A DNA stretch of 64,000 bases, taken from the NCBI GenBank assembly GCA_048128005.1, contig JBEUKZ010000008.1, positions 310,001-374,000 of the forward strand. Reading direction: 5' to 3'. This document shows positions 54,901 through 62,334 of this stretch, piece by piece. Positions within the stretch are counted from its first letter, which is position 1, and every line of letters begins with the position of its first letter. The position numbers were made by a program, and so were the translations under genes. The notes beneath the pieces are model-generated. The model was given only the letters and a program-made list of their open reading frames with translations, made no database searches and was not told where the DNA came from. Source of the DNA: Veleropilina oligotropha (Eukaryota).

Positions 54901-57900
54901 ATTAGTTGAGCCATTTACTGAGAAACTATTGTATTGAGGCTGTCTGTGTGGTGGACGGTGTATGTCCACGCTGACTTTATTATGGCTCAACTATGCTTCC
55001 TCTCGGATGCGCTTGTTTATCTAGCTTTCGCAAACTATACGTTGTATTTTATTAATAGTCTATGATATTTGGGGCATACACAACTTAAATGAAACTAACT
55101 CTGCTAACATATTCTCCACCAGAGATGAAGTATCGCAGATTCCATATTATTGTAAAGGTGCCAGGGAGGAGATATTCTCGGGAGTAATCAATGACCTGTC
55201 GACAAATGAAAACATTTGTGAATTTACTGTTTGTGAACGGATCATTTGATGTATATTATGATATGCATGATGCTCAAATTCGGTTGTAAACTCCGAAAAA
55301 TAACTGGCTTTATTCCGATGATGCGAACTGTAGTGGGTTCGTATCTCGGTTGGGACATGACATTATTGTATCCCCCGAAACGAAAGTATCGGGGGATGCT
55401 ATGGTTTAGCGTTCGTTACGCCGTGTCCGCCGAGAGATTCTTTGTGATCGCTCTAAGCAGGCCGTTTCTTAACGGAATGTTTTCAAATTTGGTATGTGCA
55501 TTGGTTGGGGCGAGGACGACACCTATAGAATTTGGGTGTGGTCCGCCCTCCAAGATGGCCGCTGTGATCTCCATCTTTAATTTTAATCATATTTCCTCGT
55601 TTTTTTGGATCGCTCTAGGCAGGCCGTTTCTTAACGGAATGTTTTCAAATTTAGTATGTGCATTGGTTGGGGCGAGGACACGGCAACTATAGATTTTGGG
55701 TGTGGTCCGCCCTCCAATATGGCCGCTGTTGCCTCCATCTTGGATTTTAAGCATAATTCCTTGTAATCGCTCTAGACAGGCCATTTCTTAACGGAATGTT
55801 TTCAAATTTGGTATGTGCATTCGTTGGGGCGAGGACACGACACCTATATATTTTGGGTCACATGACCCAATATTTTGGCGGCCATCTTGAATTTCATTAG
55901 AAAACTATTTTCTTTTATAAATTGGTTAACTAAATATTTAACCTTGCAGGACATGATTTATATATGCAGATACCAGAGGTAATTGTCTAAAATGTCATGG
56001 AAGTGGATTTTTTAAATTTAACCGGTGGCCATATTGGATTTAATTTTAAGGGTCTTTAAAAGTGCTATATCTTGAAAATGATGCAATGTATTCACATGGT
56101 CACTATGGGGAGCCTATGGGAAATCATGGTTGGGCTTTCAAATGGCACCATGACCATTGACCTCAGATGACCTACATTTCTCTAAATGACCTAATTACGG
56201 AAAAATGGATATATGTGTGCCTAAAGTGGATAAAGTGAACTCCTATTGACGTATGTAGTCGACATTTGCCAATTATGCCAGATAAAATTGAAAAGCAGGA
56301 AGTGCCTAAGCGGCCATTAAATTAAAAGCATTTGTTTCAAGTGGCAATTAATATATCAAAAAGGATGCACCGTGGACACATAGTTACTATGGGGAGCCTA
56401 TGAGAAGTCATGGTTGATCTTTCCAATGTGACCTTGGCCTTTGACCTCAGTTAACCTACATTGCAGGAAATGACCTAATTAAGGTAAAAAACATGTTTGC
56501 CAGAAAATGGTCAGGAAATGGCCAACTCGGTTAATATTGAGATATTTTAAATTAGGAAAATTAAAAAATTCGAAACAACGAACAAAATGGCTATAGATTT
56601 TGGGTGTGGTCCGGCCTCCAAGATGGCCGTTGTGACCTCCATCTTGGATTTTTAAGCATAATTCCTTGTGATCGCTCGAGACAGGTCATTACCGGGGGAT
56701 ACATATGCGGTCACTCGTGACTGAACATCTAGTTTGTTCAAGTTCACAGTTGTTCGTAACTGGTCGGAGAGTGCAGGTTCGTCCGGGCAGCTGTGCTTTC
56801 CTCCTGCGATAATATGGACAGGTGCTGCTGTTAACGCAATGGTTGGAAATATACAGGATATTTAGCATCGATCCTTTCCTGTCTTTCAAATTGGCTGATT
56901 ATTCAATGACTGTTAACATGGTTAACGTCTGACATTCAGTTTATTATTCAGTTAGAGTTTATGTCTGCATTGGTGCATTCAACGTTATCAATGATTGGAT
57001 GAAATAAATCATGCTTCTATCACGATAAACAAATTGTGTGCGCACTTAATATATGTACCGAAATGTGGAGTATGCTTCATCATTTTATCATCAAAAACCA
57101 TTGAACTTGCCAAGTCATGATTATATCGCACCATACGATTTATTGTGTTACAAAAGTGCTGTTTAACTCTATGGTGTCATGCGCACAATTATATCAATTT
57201 TGTAACTGTCGTCACTGATTAATTGTATCCCTCGAAACGGGGGATACTATGGTTTAGCATCCATTACGCGTCCGCCGAGAGATTCATCGTGATCGCTCTA
57301 GACTGGCCATTTCTTTGGGTGTGATCCTTCTTCCAAGATGGCCGCCGTGGCCGCCATAATTGCTTGTGATCGCTCTAGACAGGTCATTTCTTAACGGAAT
57401 GTTTTCAAATTTGGTATGTGCATTGGTTGGGGTGAGGACACGACATTTATAGATTTCGGATGTGGTCCGACATCCAAGATGGTCGCCACCAATTGATTCC
57501 TCATGATCGCTCTAGACAGCTATGCCATTTCTTAACAGAATCTTTTCAAATTTGGCATCCTGGATTACCGGGGGATACATATGCGGCCACTCGTGATTGA
57601 GCATTCTAGTTTTACGCTGGTTTCGGGTGAGCCAGCCAGGGCGAGTACATATGGATGAATAGATATGATACACCATGACAAAAATAAATAAATTTCTGAT
57701 GTCGTTAATGTTTATACTGTAGTGAAAGTATATGATCTTTTCACAGTTATAGTAATGAAAATTTTGATAAGAAATTGTTATTGTAAAGTTTCTGTTTCTT
57801 TTTTTGTTCATGTCGATAAACAGCTGTAACAGAAGTTGCTTTGAAGTGGTCTGGTATATCGCTAATTTCCCTAGCGTAAAAAGTGATCCTGAATAGAGGT

Positions 57901-60900
57901 AAAGTTTAAATTTGTTTGAATTTCAGTTATTAAAACCGGCCCTGTTATTGATATTGGCGGCCCTGCAACCCTGGCGGTCACAGAAGGCCAGAACGTGGAG
58001 CTGACCTGCACGACCACAGGTAGTAGAGTTGGATAATGTACTATATGGTACCGATAGTTTAACAATAGTTCTATTGAATTGCTCTAGTGACGTCATAGAT
58101 CTTATACAGACTGACTAGCCCAATCGCGGTGGTTTCTGAAATTCCAATTATTACGCCAAGAGAAAAGAAATGAGTATGCTCGAGATGCCTGTCCAGAACA
58201 TGGTCTGTCTGTCCTATATTAGAATGGTTTCGCATAGGAACAGTTGTTCAGATATGTACACATGTGGACTATGACCAAAATGATGTAAAATAAATTCTAA
58301 AGCAATATTTAGTTTTATTACTGTAAAAATCGCCACAATATTTTCATACATATAGCATCTCGAGCGCACCCATGATTACTATATATGAATGATGTACTGT
58401 CATGGCGTAAGTGCCTGTGTTTGTCTTCCGGAAATTTGCTAAATATTGTAGCAACCAGAGTTTGTTCGACCACAGACATGCGCAGAAACGCTACCATAGT
58501 TAGGTGATAAAATGCCATGGGTATCAACTGTGGTATCACTGTGCTCATACGATGCATGGTTGGTGGAATAATTTTAATATACTTCTGCATCAAGATAAAA
58601 ATTGTGGTACAGTTATGTTGCAGTCCAAATTGTGTCTGTAAACCATATAATATGATATATAAATAAAGATTGCTAGATCATATGTATATATGACAATCAA
58701 TTTTTATTCAACTTCTTTTCTACTAAACAATATAAGTGGTTGAGTGACGTCACGGTAAACACGGTGCATTGAATACCGCATGATGTTGAACCACGAGGCG
58801 TTAGCCGAGTGCTTTAACGTTTTAAGGTATTCAATGACAGTGTTTATCAAAATGTTGCTCGACAACGTATTTATCTTGCTTTCTTATGTTAAACTAGCTT
58901 AACAAACTCTTGATTTTGCTCATAACACTGTTATTATTTAAAATCATAACCGTGATGTATTAGCATTGAAAATGGCAATGTTTACATTTGACTGTAACAG
59001 ACGACAGCTTCAGTTACGCCTACTCAAGGTTGTTGAATGAGAACATTTTGATTGACAAGCGACATCACAAGCAATATGACGTCTGCCGTGCTTTCATTTC
59101 TATTTTTAAGTTGAACTTTTTTCCTTGTAGGCTTGATCAACCCTGCTGTGTACTGGCGCCGACGACAGGGCCCGCTGCCTCCCGGCCACACCGTCTCTGG
59201 GCAGATTCTCTTTATCCCCAGTATCCAGCTGGACTACCAGGGAGAATACATCTGCCGTGCCACTGCCAACGACCGAGACTATGAGACCAGTGTCACCATC
59301 ATCATATCGAGTAAACATTGCGGCAATCTCACTCTGTCGTCCGAGATATTCTGATCTCAATCTTTCTGTCTGTCATATCCACATCTCACTCATCTGTCTA
59401 ACACGTCCTGACCTCGCTCTGTCAGCCATAACTTTTTAGTACTCTGGCTTCATCAAACTGCAAAATGCACGAAATGTGAACACTTTTAAAATAGCAGAGT
59501 CAATAAACATATGCATACATGTGATACCTACGACCGGGAGTAAATTACTCCGGAAATCGACACCCCCGAAATGGCCTACTCCAGGAGTCTCCCGAAATGA
59601 TATAAATCCCACGAAATCAGAGAATCTGCCAGAGATAATTTAATTATCCATTAAAATTTATTACCACAATATTATTTTCTTGCAACGTAATTAACAATAG
59701 AACTGTATGCATTGTAATTTGTATTCTATACCTTAATTTGATCCATGTCACCACGATTGTTTGTTTATGGTGCCAGGCGCATTATCGCTACTTTCATGGT
59801 TCAATGGTGAATTTGAATTGGCATTGTTCGTCCTGATTGATACCAATTACTGTCCAATATCAATTATTTCAGCCCTATGAATGTTATTTATTGGCATAAA
59901 GTGCCTTTCAAATGTTATGCTAGCAAGAAGTGATATGAAACGACCGAAATTAGTCTGCAAATCTTCACTGGAAGAACCATGTGCATTTACTAAACCAATA
60001 GCAAAATACGGATGGATATGAAGATAAAGACCGGATCAACAGTTTCCAACCAATCGTAGTTATGTTCAGTTAAAAGTAAATTATGGATTGACTTCGCAAT
60101 TTGATAAATACAGTACAGATAAGAAGATAAAACCCAGATCAACAGTTTCCAAGTACTTACAAGTTGTAATGTAGATAGGAGATTGACAAGTTATATATTT
60201 TGTTCAGTGAAGTATGGATTGACTTAATTATAACCACATATTTTATATTGATTGACCATATAAATATGATAGTGCATTTACTGTTAGGAATAAATTTAAT
60301 ATGATAACACTTCTTGTAACAACATCAACATATTAATATTGATATGAAAAGTTAAATTATTTATTGTGGTAACTTTTTAATAAAACTCACTTTTATTATT
60401 ATTTTGATTGCATAAGATTACTATTACATGTACTATCATTTCTATACATGTCTTTTTATGCAATTAATTAAAATTATATGACGTAATAGACGATAAAAAT
60501 CTTGGATAAAAATACTAGATAATTGTAGCATGTTGTTGAGGTCGATCCATGATTTTATCGCACCATACCAACCAAGAACAACAAGATCGACCGAGGATGT
60601 AGTCCGAGGTTGATACTGTTGTTCATGATTGGTGCGGTAAAATCATGGAAATCAACATGCTACAATTGCTTTATTATTTCTGTACAAAATGTCATTTTTT
60701 TTAAATGTCTAAAATATATTAAATAAATTCCCCCCAAATGATACTTTATTAAAAAAAATCCCCCAAAAAGGTGAATTTATGAAAAACAAATTCCCCGAAA
60801 ATGTGATTTTATAAAACAAGCAAAATGCTATTTTATTAAAAAAAAAAATCCCATAAATCTTGAACATTTAAAAGCTATTTTTGGAACAGCCAGTCTACAA

Positions 60901-62334
60901 TATTATTGTAGCACAGCAATACGACTTTTTTAAGTATATCACGTGACCTGTTTTTAACCAATCGATGACAAGGAACTACAATAAATATTACTAATACAGA
61001 TCAAAATTTGACCCCAATCTTCTGGAATATTGATCCCAACCTCCTGGAATGCTGTCCTGGGTTATCACATGTATGTATACGTCTGTAATGTATATATTAT
61101 TATTTTTATGCCCCCAACAATTTATTGGGAGGGGCATTTTTTTATGACTCCAGCAATTTATTTTGGGGGAATTTAGATTTACCCTTGTCTGTCCATCCCG
61201 TCCCGTCCGTGTTTCTTCCCGTCCCGAAAACCAGTATTTGCGTGCAAGTAGCTCCGATCTTTGCTGCCCCTATGGTCAAGGCTGCCAATGTCCCATGGAC
61301 ACATTTCTAGTTTATATAAATTGTGTACTGCAATTTTATGCTTTGGTATTTTTCCTCAGTAAATAAAGCTTTTATTGTATTGTCTGTAAAGTTTCGGGGG
61401 ATACTATTGTTTAGTGTCCGTTATGCCACGTTCTGCGAGAAATTCCTCATGATCGCTCTAGACAGGTAATTTATTAACGGAATGTTTTCAAATTTAGTAT
61501 GTACATTGGATGGGGTGAGGACACAAAACCTATAGATTTCGGATGTGGTCCGGCATCCAAGTTACGAAGCACAGTTGTCCGTGACTGGCCGAAGAGGGCG
61601 GGTTTACCCGGGCGACCGGGGTTTCCTCCCGCGATAACACGGACATGTCCTGCCTTGAACCTCGATGTTATAAATATACAGGACATTAAGCATAATTCCT
61701 CCTCCTCCTCCGGCATCCAAGATGGTCGCCATGGCCACCATTGGAAAGGTTAATTCCTTGTGATCGCAATAGACAGGCCATTTCATAATGGAATTTAATG
61801 TTGTCAAATTTAGTATGTACACGATCCAACAGTCCAAGTACGAGTTATCTTTGCCGGGGAATACCTATGCGGTCACGGGTCACAGAGCATACTAGTTTAT
61901 ATTATATCCTGACATCATTCATGCATCGTTCTATCACTCTATTAGAAAAATTCATATTAGAGTTTGCACAAAGTTTTAAAAGCTATTCACGAAATCAATA
62001 AAGAGAAAATAAATCCTTTAGTGTACTTTATAGCTTCTGACAACGTGACGGATATTTATTTTTCTCGCAGTTGCACCGCAGGTGAGCGTGTCTCCGAGCG
62101 ATGTGACCGCCCGCCCCGGGGCGCCACTGTATCTACGCTGCAACGCTCGGGGAACACCACCGTTCCAGTACAATTGGTCAAAAGTGGGCAGTGCTTTGTC
62201 TCCGACCGCCGTGGTCCAAGAAAATGGGGTGCTGGAGATCCGACAAGTAACGGCGGCGGATGCCGGAACTTACCGCTGCGTTGCTGTCAACGAGGCCGGA
62301 CAAGGAGAGGGACTGGTCAGGGTGTCGATCGTGG
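846..62334 (+). CDS. HSPG2: Perlecan (basement membrane heparan sulfate proteoglycan core protein), partial multi-exon gene: 48 exons covering domains II, III and part of IV
   Basis: Domain order LDLa x3 - Ig - (L4 + laminin EGF) x3 - Ig x9 is diagnostic of perlecan. All exons have AG/GT boundaries with compatible phases; 6675 coding nt in total. Both gene ends lie outside the window. Confidence 0.96.
1520..2750. mobile_element. Non-autonomous DNA transposon (PIF/Harbinger-like MITE)
   Basis: About 35-bp TIRs ggccaa(a)n...atagtttctcgggca / tgcctgagaaactatt...ttggcc, flanked by a TAA duplication. Confidence 0.75.
2760..3077 (-). mobile_element. tRNA-derived SINE with Nin/Deu-like core and L2-like tail
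   Basis: Minus strand: tggctcagtgg A-box, gagttcg B-box-like, gtcgacctagccgatctgaatgggtacctgg core, agcgcattgag...aatgcgctatataag tail with (ATT)n. Confidence 0.65.
3179..3298 (+). CDS. HSPG2: Perlecan exon, LDLa repeat
   Basis: [35 protein letters not shown]; tag/gtaagt. Confidence 0.94.
3627..3972. mobile_element. Foldback MITE with central hairpin
   Basis: gcgagacagtgagagagcga / tcgctttctcactgtctcgc inverted repeats; central palindrome gaccctaatgcccatggaatatatgc / gcatatattccatgggcattagggtc. Confidence 0.65.
4378..4509 (+). CDS. HSPG2: Perlecan exon, LDLa repeat
   Basis: [36 protein letters not shown]; ctag/gtaagt. Confidence 0.94.
5309..6215. mobile_element. Non-autonomous hairpin element inserted in the Tc1 transposase
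   Basis: About 120-bp hairpin at 5327-5448; inverted repeat tttatcacatatc / gatatgtgataaa; interrupts contiguous Tc1 coding remnants. Confidence 0.7.
6772..6827 (-). ncRNA. Hammerhead ribozyme-like motif in Penelope pLTR (degenerate)
   Basis: CUGAUGA-A-GUGACC-GCAAU-GGGUAC-AAAA-GCUC-UGUU-GAGC-UA; GAAA mutated to AAAA. Confidence 0.6.
6811..8870 (-). pseudogene. Frameshifted Penelope RT / GIY-YIG endonuclease ORF
   Basis: Split across ORFs 8171-8380, 7749-8066 and 6811-7656; YVDD lies in a different frame from the upstream RT motifs. Confidence 0.88.
8945..9000 (+). ncRNA. Hammerhead ribozyme-like motif in inverted Penelope pLTR (degenerate)
   Basis: CUGAUGA-A-GUGACC-GCGAU-GGUUAC-GAAA-GCUC-UGUU-GAGU-AA; core boxes intact, cleavage triplet altered. 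Confidence 0.62.
10209..10496 (+). CDS. HSPG2: Perlecan exon, domain II Ig module
   Basis: [20 protein letters not shown]...[14 protein letters not shown]; the WRLNWG motif is typical of perlecan. Confidence 0.95.
13221..14160 (+). mobile_element. Helentron-type non-autonomous element (HINE family B) with 157-bp tandem array
   Basis: atatccccc subTIR at the start, about 5 units spaced 157 bp, ggggatatt...tcttcttgtt end. Confidence 0.75.
14329..14453 (+). CDS. HSPG2: Perlecan exon, laminin EGF half preceding L4-1
   Basis: GLCKPPYFN...[17 protein letters not shown]; phase 1-0. Confidence 0.9.
15202..15375 (+). CDS. HSPG2: Perlecan exon, L4-1
   Basis: [17 protein letters not shown]...[13 protein letters not shown]; ccag/gtaag. 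Confidence 0.9.
15722..16954 (+). mobile_element. HINE-like element with about 151-bp tandem units
   Basis: tatacgccc...gggtgtata subTIRs; repeated aatatctaggtcaagttcga units; ends ctcttgtt. Confidence 0.7.
17050..17142 (+). CDS. HSPG2: Perlecan exon, L4-1
   Basis: [14 protein letters not shown]...PDVVIV (L4 YGG motif). Confidence 0.9.
17481..17567 (+). CDS. HSPG2: Perlecan exon, L4-1
   Basis: [29 protein letters not shown]; ttag/gtagac. Confidence 0.88.
18794..18936 (+). CDS. HSPG2: Perlecan exon, L4-1
   Basis: [40 protein letters not shown]; phase 0-2. Confidence 0.9.
19603..19714 (+). CDS. HSPG2: Perlecan exon, end of L4-1 / laminin EGF
   Basis: [16 protein letters not shown]; ccag/gtgagt. 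Confidence 0.93.
19962..20492. mobile_element. MITE
   Basis: 15-bp perfect inverted repeat ccgtgcgttcaggat (19966-19980) / atcctgaacgcacgg (20474-20488). Confidence 0.6.
20654..22041. mobile_element. Tc1/mariner (pogo-like) non-autonomous element
   Basis: TIRs cagtggaacccgcttatttgcata / tatgcaattaagtgggttccactg with TA TSD; a partial inverted copy of the right end lies at about 34541-34700. Confidence 0.8.
22171..22290 (+). CDS. HSPG2: Perlecan exon, laminin EGF
   Basis: RCAAGFYRR...[21 protein letters not shown]. Confidence 0.92.
22592..22719 (+). CDS. HSPG2: Perlecan exon, laminin EGF
   Basis: [36 protein letters not shown]. Confidence 0.93.
23059..23435 (+). repeat. Two copies of a ~115-bp minimal HINE-like element (third copy at 54902-55017)
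   Basis: agttgagcc...ggctcaact subTIRs, (GTG)n microsatellite, 3' hairpin gcttcctctcggatgc. Confidence 0.7.
23502..23650 (+). CDS. HSPG2: Perlecan exon, laminin EGF
   Basis: [38 protein letters not shown]. Confidence 0.92.
23945..24018 (+). CDS. HSPG2: Perlecan exon, laminin EGF
   Basis: [24 protein letters not shown]; phase 1-0. Confidence 0.88.
24285..24425 (+). CDS. HSPG2: Perlecan exon, laminin EGF
   Basis: [18 protein letters not shown]...[14 protein letters not shown]. Confidence 0.92.
24714..24896 (+). CDS. HSPG2: Perlecan exon, L4-2
   Basis: ...[14 protein letters not shown]; gtag/gtaac. Confidence 0.92.
25161..25253 (+). CDS. HSPG2: Perlecan exon, L4-2
   Basis: [14 protein letters not shown]...ADVEIR. 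Confidence 0.92.
25320..25535 (+). mobile_element. Old copy of the tRNA-derived SINE
   Basis: Similar to 45754-46014, including gaacagtagtgggttcgaat and the ggatattaagcat tail. Confidence 0.65.
25630..26608 (+). mobile_element. HINE family B copy with satellite array
   Basis: Same units and 3' end as 13221-14160. Confidence 0.72.
26936..27019 (+). CDS. HSPG2: Perlecan exon, L4-2
   Basis: [28 protein letters not shown]. Confidence 0.9.
27285..27403 (+). CDS. HSPG2: Perlecan exon, L4-2
   Basis: [32 protein letters not shown]. Confidence 0.93.
27662..27773 (+). CDS. HSPG2: Perlecan exon, end of L4-2 / laminin EGF
   Basis: [12 protein letters not shown]...[16 protein letters not shown]. Confidence 0.93.
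28108..28221 (+). CDS. HSPG2: Perlecan exon, laminin EGF
   Basis: [45 protein letters not shown] is a perlecan-like motif. Confidence 0.94.
29243..29405. repeat. 11-bp minisatellite (ayaccggatac)n
   Basis: Direct reading; explains the repetitive ORFs on both strands. Confidence 0.92.
29719..29846 (+). CDS. HSPG2: Perlecan exon, laminin EGF
   Basis: [36 protein letters not shown]. Confidence 0.94.
30015..31705 (+). mobile_element. Helentron/DINE-1-like element with internal 167-bp duplication
   Basis: 5' hairpin tagggcttcaagc...gcttgaagcccta; 3' ttgaagccct plus agctgctcgcagct hairpin; ATT-rich flanks; repeat units starting at 30236 and 30403. Confidence 0.72.
31717..32625 (+). mobile_element. 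HINE family B copy
   Basis: Same 5' block, ~157-bp units and 3' end as 13221-14160. Confidence 0.72.
32675..32761 (+). CDS. HSPG2: Perlecan exon, laminin EGF
   Basis: [28 protein letters not shown]; phase 2-2. Confidence 0.92.
33011..33069 (+). CDS. HSPG2: Perlecan exon, laminin EGF
   Basis: [19 protein letters not shown]; phase 2-1. Confidence 0.9.
33442..33521 (+). CDS. HSPG2: Perlecan exon, laminin EGF
   Basis: [26 protein letters not shown]. Confidence 0.92.
34275..34415 (+). CDS. HSPG2: Perlecan exon, laminin EGF
   Basis: [38 protein letters not shown]. Confidence 0.92.
34855..35820 (-). mobile_element. Copy of the TIR element family at 59514-61075, inverted
   Basis: catacaagtgata end, cattccaggaggttggg block and ggagtaggccattt block are shared in reverse complement. 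Confidence 0.6.
36366..36557 (+). CDS. HSPG2: Perlecan exon, L4-3
   Basis: [11 protein letters not shown]...[14 protein letters not shown]. Confidence 0.91.
36679..37017. mobile_element. hAT-like MITE
   Basis: cagggttcgcacag / ctgtatgaaccctg ends; subterminal ccttgaaa repeats; no clear TSD. Confidence 0.65.
37180..37275 (+). CDS. HSPG2: Perlecan exon, L4-3
   Basis: [14 protein letters not shown]...DVDLEII. Confidence 0.92.
37841..37924 (+). CDS. HSPG2: Perlecan exon, L4-3
   Basis: [28 protein letters not shown]. Confidence 0.9.
38472..38702 (+). CDS. HSPG2: Perlecan exon, end of L4-3 / laminin EGF
   Basis: [21 protein letters not shown]...[16 protein letters not shown]. Confidence 0.93.
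39413..39529 (+). CDS. HSPG2: Perlecan exon, laminin EGF
   Basis: QCASGYLQV...[23 protein letters not shown]. Confidence 0.93.
39583..40467 (+). mobile_element. HINE family A with ~155-bp tandem core repeats
   Basis: tgtatccccc / gggggataca subTIRs, ggtcactcgtgact hairpin, ctagtt end; repeated gatcgctctagacagg...caagatggcc units. Confidence 0.8.
40724..40851 (+). CDS. HSPG2: Perlecan exon, laminin EGF
   Basis: [36 protein letters not shown]. Confidence 0.94.
40953..42056. mobile_element. Non-autonomous TIR element with 5-bp TSD (hAT5-like)
   Basis: caggggtcgaccttc / gaagatctacccctg ends; attgc on both sides. Confidence 0.7.
42217..42303 (+). CDS. HSPG2: Perlecan exon, laminin EGF
   Basis: [28 protein letters not shown]; phase 2-2. 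Confidence 0.92.
42430..42655 (+). mobile_element. Old tRNA-derived SINE copy (related copies near 1118-1215 and 46929-47140)
   Basis: ggctgcactggttgtcgagtggg head, cgaatcctcg B-box-like, cgggacattaagcat tail. Confidence 0.6.
42705..42766 (+). CDS. HSPG2: Perlecan exon, last laminin EGF of domain III
   Basis: [20 protein letters not shown]; phase 2-1. Confidence 0.9.
43061..44023. mobile_element. MITE hosting a nested foldback element
   Basis: tactgtaaaa / ttctacagta ends; subterminal aatgcg / cgcatt repeats. Confidence 0.55.
43261..43601. mobile_element. Palindromic (foldback) MITE with TTAA TSD, Kolobok-like
   Basis: ttaa|agggacagg...cctgtccct|ttaa; the two ~165-bp halves are near-perfect reverse complements. 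Confidence 0.82.
44159..44431 (+). CDS. HSPG2: Perlecan exon, domain IV Ig1
   Basis: [17 protein letters not shown]...[14 protein letters not shown]. Confidence 0.93.
44615..44706 (+). CDS. HSPG2: Perlecan exon, Ig2 N-half
   Basis: [28 protein letters not shown]; phase 1-0. Confidence 0.91.
44937..44993 (+). CDS. HSPG2: Candidate alternative terminal exon of perlecan (short isoform)
   Basis: Polypyrimidine tract and CAG ending at 44936. Spliced in phase 0 to exon 44615-44706 it reads [18 protein letters not shown], with Trp in register with the Ig C-strand Trp of exon 47550. Confidence 0.45.
   Translation, partial: TCRLVVWSGFECAPKCNI
45754..46014 (+). mobile_element. Young full-length tRNA-derived SINE
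   Basis: A-box tagcgcagtgg, B-box-like gggatcgaccc, ggtttcctccc core, (CCT)n tail; 12-bp TSD ctgaattaaatg at 45742-45753 and 46015-46026. Confidence 0.87.
47550..47724 (+). CDS. HSPG2: Perlecan exon, Ig2 C-half
   Basis: [43 protein letters not shown] acceptor. Confidence 0.9.
48263..48538 (+). CDS. HSPG2: Perlecan exon, Ig3
   Basis: [15 protein letters not shown]...[11 protein letters not shown]. Confidence 0.93.
48854..49000 (+). CDS. HSPG2: Perlecan exon, Ig4 N-half
   Basis: [29 protein letters not shown]. Confidence 0.9.
49365..49505 (+). CDS. HSPG2: Perlecan exon, Ig4 C-half
   Basis: [25 protein letters not shown]. Confidence 0.91.
50283..50428 (+). CDS. HSPG2: Perlecan exon, Ig5 N-half
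   Basis: [38 protein letters not shown]. Confidence 0.91.
51245..51362 (+). CDS. HSPG2: Perlecan exon, Ig5 C-half
   Basis: [28 protein letters not shown]. Confidence 0.91.
51696..51819 (+). CDS. HSPG2: Perlecan exon, Ig6 N-half
   Basis: [37 protein letters not shown]; phase 1-2. Confidence 0.91.
52618..52772 (+). CDS. HSPG2: Perlecan exon, Ig6 C-half
   Basis: [37 protein letters not shown]. Confidence 0.91.
52763..53050 (+). repeat. 37-38-bp minisatellite derived from the exon/intron junction
   Basis: About 7 copies of aatatcc(a/g)ca(a/g)cactcgtcataacag(g/a)tgagagg(t/g)gt(t). Confidence 0.9.
53467..54340. mobile_element. Non-autonomous TIR element with 5-bp TSD (hAT5-like)
   Basis: 17-bp perfect TIR caggcctgcacaaattg; cattg on both sides. 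Confidence 0.78.
54539..54817 (+). CDS. HSPG2: Perlecan exon, Ig7
   Basis: [15 protein letters not shown]...[14 protein letters not shown]. Confidence 0.92.
55366..56733 (+). mobile_element. HINE family A copy inserted into a SINE
   Basis: tatcccccgaaacgaaagtatcgggggat 5' hairpin, core repeats, ctagtt end; SINE halves at about 55280-55365 and 56734-56880. Confidence 0.8.
57223..57611 (+). mobile_element. Short HINE family A copy
   Basis: Same termini and core as 39583-40467. Confidence 0.78.
57927..58019 (+). CDS. HSPG2: Perlecan exon, Ig8 N-half
   Basis: [26 protein letters not shown]; phase 1-1. Confidence 0.89.
59131..59310 (+). CDS. HSPG2: Perlecan exon, Ig8 C-half
   Basis: [18 protein letters not shown]...[10 protein letters not shown]. 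Confidence 0.9.
59514..61075. mobile_element. Non-autonomous TIR element with nested hairpin element (about 60520-60990)
   Basis: 13-bp TIR catacatgtgata / tatcacatgtatg; second family member at 34855-35820. Confidence 0.68.
61388..61897 (+). mobile_element. HINE family A copy interrupted by a SINE
   Basis: tcgggggatactat 5' block, core repeat, ccggggaatacctatgcggtcac...ctagtt end. Confidence 0.75.
61562..61708 (+). mobile_element. 5'-truncated young SINE
   Basis: Nearly identical to the 3' part of 45754-46014; 13-bp TSD tccggcatccaag at 61549-61561 and 61709-61721. Confidence 0.87.
62071..62334 (+). CDS. HSPG2: Perlecan exon, Ig9
   Basis: [17 protein letters not shown]...[14 protein letters not shown]. 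Confidence 0.93.

Noticed and set aside
55246..55784. ORFs with repeated [17 protein letters not shown]
   Set aside because: Translations of HINE-A satellite units
59311..59510. Possible alternative terminal exon or read-through after Ig8 (pyrimidine-rich tract, AATAAA near 59502)
   Set aside because: No recognisable peptide or register evidence; too weak without transcript data
846..62334. Alternative calls of laminin alpha/gamma or an LDL-receptor family gene
   Set aside because: The LDLa-Ig-L4/LE-Ig order in one reading frame fits only perlecan
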